From the NCBI GenBank assembly GCA_965637545.1, contig OZ281501.1, positions 18,352,001-18,416,000 of the forward strand: DNA of 64,000 nt, given 5' to 3'. Source of the DNA: Phallusia mammillata. Taxonomy: Eukaryota. Below, piece by piece: positions 62,001 to 64,000 of the stretch. The position numbers and the translations under genes are program-made. Positions within the stretch are counted from its first letter, which is position 1, and every line of letters starts with the position of its first letter. The notes under the pieces were generated by a model. It saw only the letters and a list, made by a program, of their open reading frames with translations, was not told the origin of the DNA and made no database searches.

Positions 62001-64000
62001 AAGCGATTCCAGATACCACGGCTATCGAAACAAGCTTAGAAGCCCAACTAAAACTTCAGTGTCCAAACGCCCACCAACCCCAGCTGCAGAAAGGCCTAGC
62101 AGTATGGTGATAGTGGAAAGTGACTCAGTTTATGTGAATAAATATTTGGAAGCAATATCAAATGAGGCTAAAAAGCCTGCGTCCAAAGAACCAGTTGTTT
62201 CAACTAATCGTGTTTCCTCCGACTCGAACTCAAGAAGTTTAGATAACAGTAGACAGTCAGCTAGCTCTCAATCTGATGCCTCAGATTCTGTGTTTATATC
62301 GCCTTACAATTACAACACAGCAACGCCATTGTCTGCAGTGCCTTCCGGTGTCCGTCCTCCTGAAAACTCTCTAGTGTCAGGAAACAAATCACGGACCGAT
62401 TCACCGAACACAATTTCAAATCTTGTGTCGGAAAAGTTGAATTTACTGGAGACCGAGGGTAAAAATTCAGAATCAACAATTTCCAGCAGTTCTGATTCAT
62501 CTTTGAGCCAAGTCAATTCAACTCCAGTTGAACGTGAAGTTGAAACTGAACCTCAAGTATCAAAATCAAGCACATACAGAAGCTCAACCATTTCGTTGGA
62601 CGCAAATCTAATCATTCCTGTTGCCGAGAGTCATGATCCCCCTGAAATACCATCACCTCCGTTGCCTGACACATCTCCAAATGCAGAGCTGGTGAACTCT
62701 GGACATTATCAAACTCCTACATCGATGCCAAAGGACACAATTGAATTGAAAAAGAGTCATTCCATTGGGACTGAGAATTCCCGCCCTAACAAACTTTCCT
62801 ATGAGTCTGACTCTTTCTTGGAAAAATCTTCAATTTCTCAGCAGTCCCCATTGACCAGCAGCATATTTAAGGCACTGGGCCTGCAAGATACTGTGCAATT
62901 AGATACAGAACAGTCGACAGAAGTTATTACACAGGATGGAACGACTCCATCTGCTAACATTGCTGCATCAGGGCAGGCCCCGGCAGCTTCTGAATTAAAG
63001 GAAAGTGTCCTCGTCAATGGATATGAAGAAGAAAAGTTTAAAGACGTTCATTCTGACTCGGATCAAGAATCTGATGATGAAGGACCTGTAAGCTATGAAG
63101 TAAGTGATGTTATGAAAATTTATTGGTTGTTGTAAAAGCATAGAGCCAATAAATGATAAGCTGCAGCCAGTGTACACAGTTTCAACCTAAAAGTTATCAT
63201 CAGTGCAGGTGGTGACGAGAGATTAGCCGTGTTGGTTAGTGTAGCCATTCAACAGCACTCCAGTTTGTTGGGAGTAACAAGGCAAAAACCCATTCCTCAC
63301 CTGTTCTGCGCGATGAGACAGTGTGTACTGTCAGCAGCTTGTTATTTGTTATTTATTCAAACATATAATGCCTGTCTTAAAGATGGGCGCAATAAGGTTT
63401 TGGTAATGCAAATAGGTCATTAACTGAAATTATTTCTCTCAAGGTAAATCGAGAAAGTGAAAACGAAGACAAGGAGAGTTACCATGGCGATGAAGATCAT
63501 GTTCAACAACATTTTACTTCTGATGGTAAATAGGAAGCAATATTTTTATTTTCTAATGGCATTTTTTCTCTTTTTATTTAAGGAAGTGTCAATGAATTCC
63601 TGCAAAATCAAAATGGGTAAATTGAGAACATCCTTTTTGCAGCAGAATTAAAGATTGTCATTATTATTTGCAAAATGTAGCACATTGTACATTATAAATC
63701 TGAATTAATTTGCAGTAATATCTGTTAAAATACATTTTTCAATGAATAAAGTAATCCATTTTCACAGTTTGAAATCGGACAAAATTGAATGCCAAAACCA
63801 GAAAATTGAAAAATTTGTGTCATTTATTATTTTTAGAAGTTGAAAATGATGAACAACAAGATTCAGAAATCCTGACTGATCACCGAGGACTGTATTACTA
63901 TGAGACAAAGGGTTTGTCTGAAAATGCATCTTCCTCTGATGAAGGAGGCGAGGACACCATCTTCCATCAACACACTAAAGTCTGTTTCAGCACTTCACCA
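59075..64000 (+). CDS. PPP1R9: Neurabin/spinophilin (PP1 regulatory subunit 9 family), 5' portion, truncated by the window end
   Basis: Exons 59075-59181, 60189-60336, 60546-60819, 61362-61490, 61934-63099, 63444-63525, 63837->64000. N-terminal SPSHRN...FSALQ and FGSHVSRIKYKFMQ resemble the neurabin actin-binding region (SASPHRN..FQAL; YGSNVxRIK..FMQ). A long Ser/acidic disordered region follows, then ETKGLSE...KVCFSTSP, matching the RVxF PP1-binding motif region (KIxFSxAP). The PDZ domain is expected beyond the window. Confidence 0.85.

Noticed and set aside
63165-63215. Second hammerhead-like core on the minus strand (CUGAUGA...GAAAC..GUA)
   Set aside because: Stem II is weak and stem I cannot pair next to the core (A-C mismatch).

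Overview
AT-rich, intron-containing animal genomic DNA; compact genes with vertebrate-like intron positions and mosaic CpG depletion suggest an invertebrate chordate such as an ascidian (inference, not verified). Five spliced genes were reconstructed by hand with GT-AG boundaries and consistent phases. They are G-protein alpha-s (GNAS, +, 12 coding exons), cyclin E (+, 10 coding exons), ACAD11-type kinase/acyl-CoA dehydrogenase (+, 19 exons), Bax inhibitor-1/TMBIM6 (-, 6 exons) and the 5' part of a neurabin/spinophilin gene (+, runs off the window). About 13 non-autonomous hAT MITEs, most with 8-bp target-site duplications, lie in introns and spacers. The most interesting signals are three. 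(1) A minimal type-I hammerhead ribozyme sits inside a Penelope-like foldback element in ACAD11 intron 6. (2) Cyclin E appears to have several promoters with in-phase alternative start exons, including a TATA-driven internal promoter that would give an N-terminally truncated cyclin E. (3) A CpG island in GNAS intron 2 holds an in-frame alternative exon that would give either a P-loop-less G-alpha-s or a 14-aa insert at the vertebrate long/short splice position. All alternative-exon calls are predictions and need transcript data.
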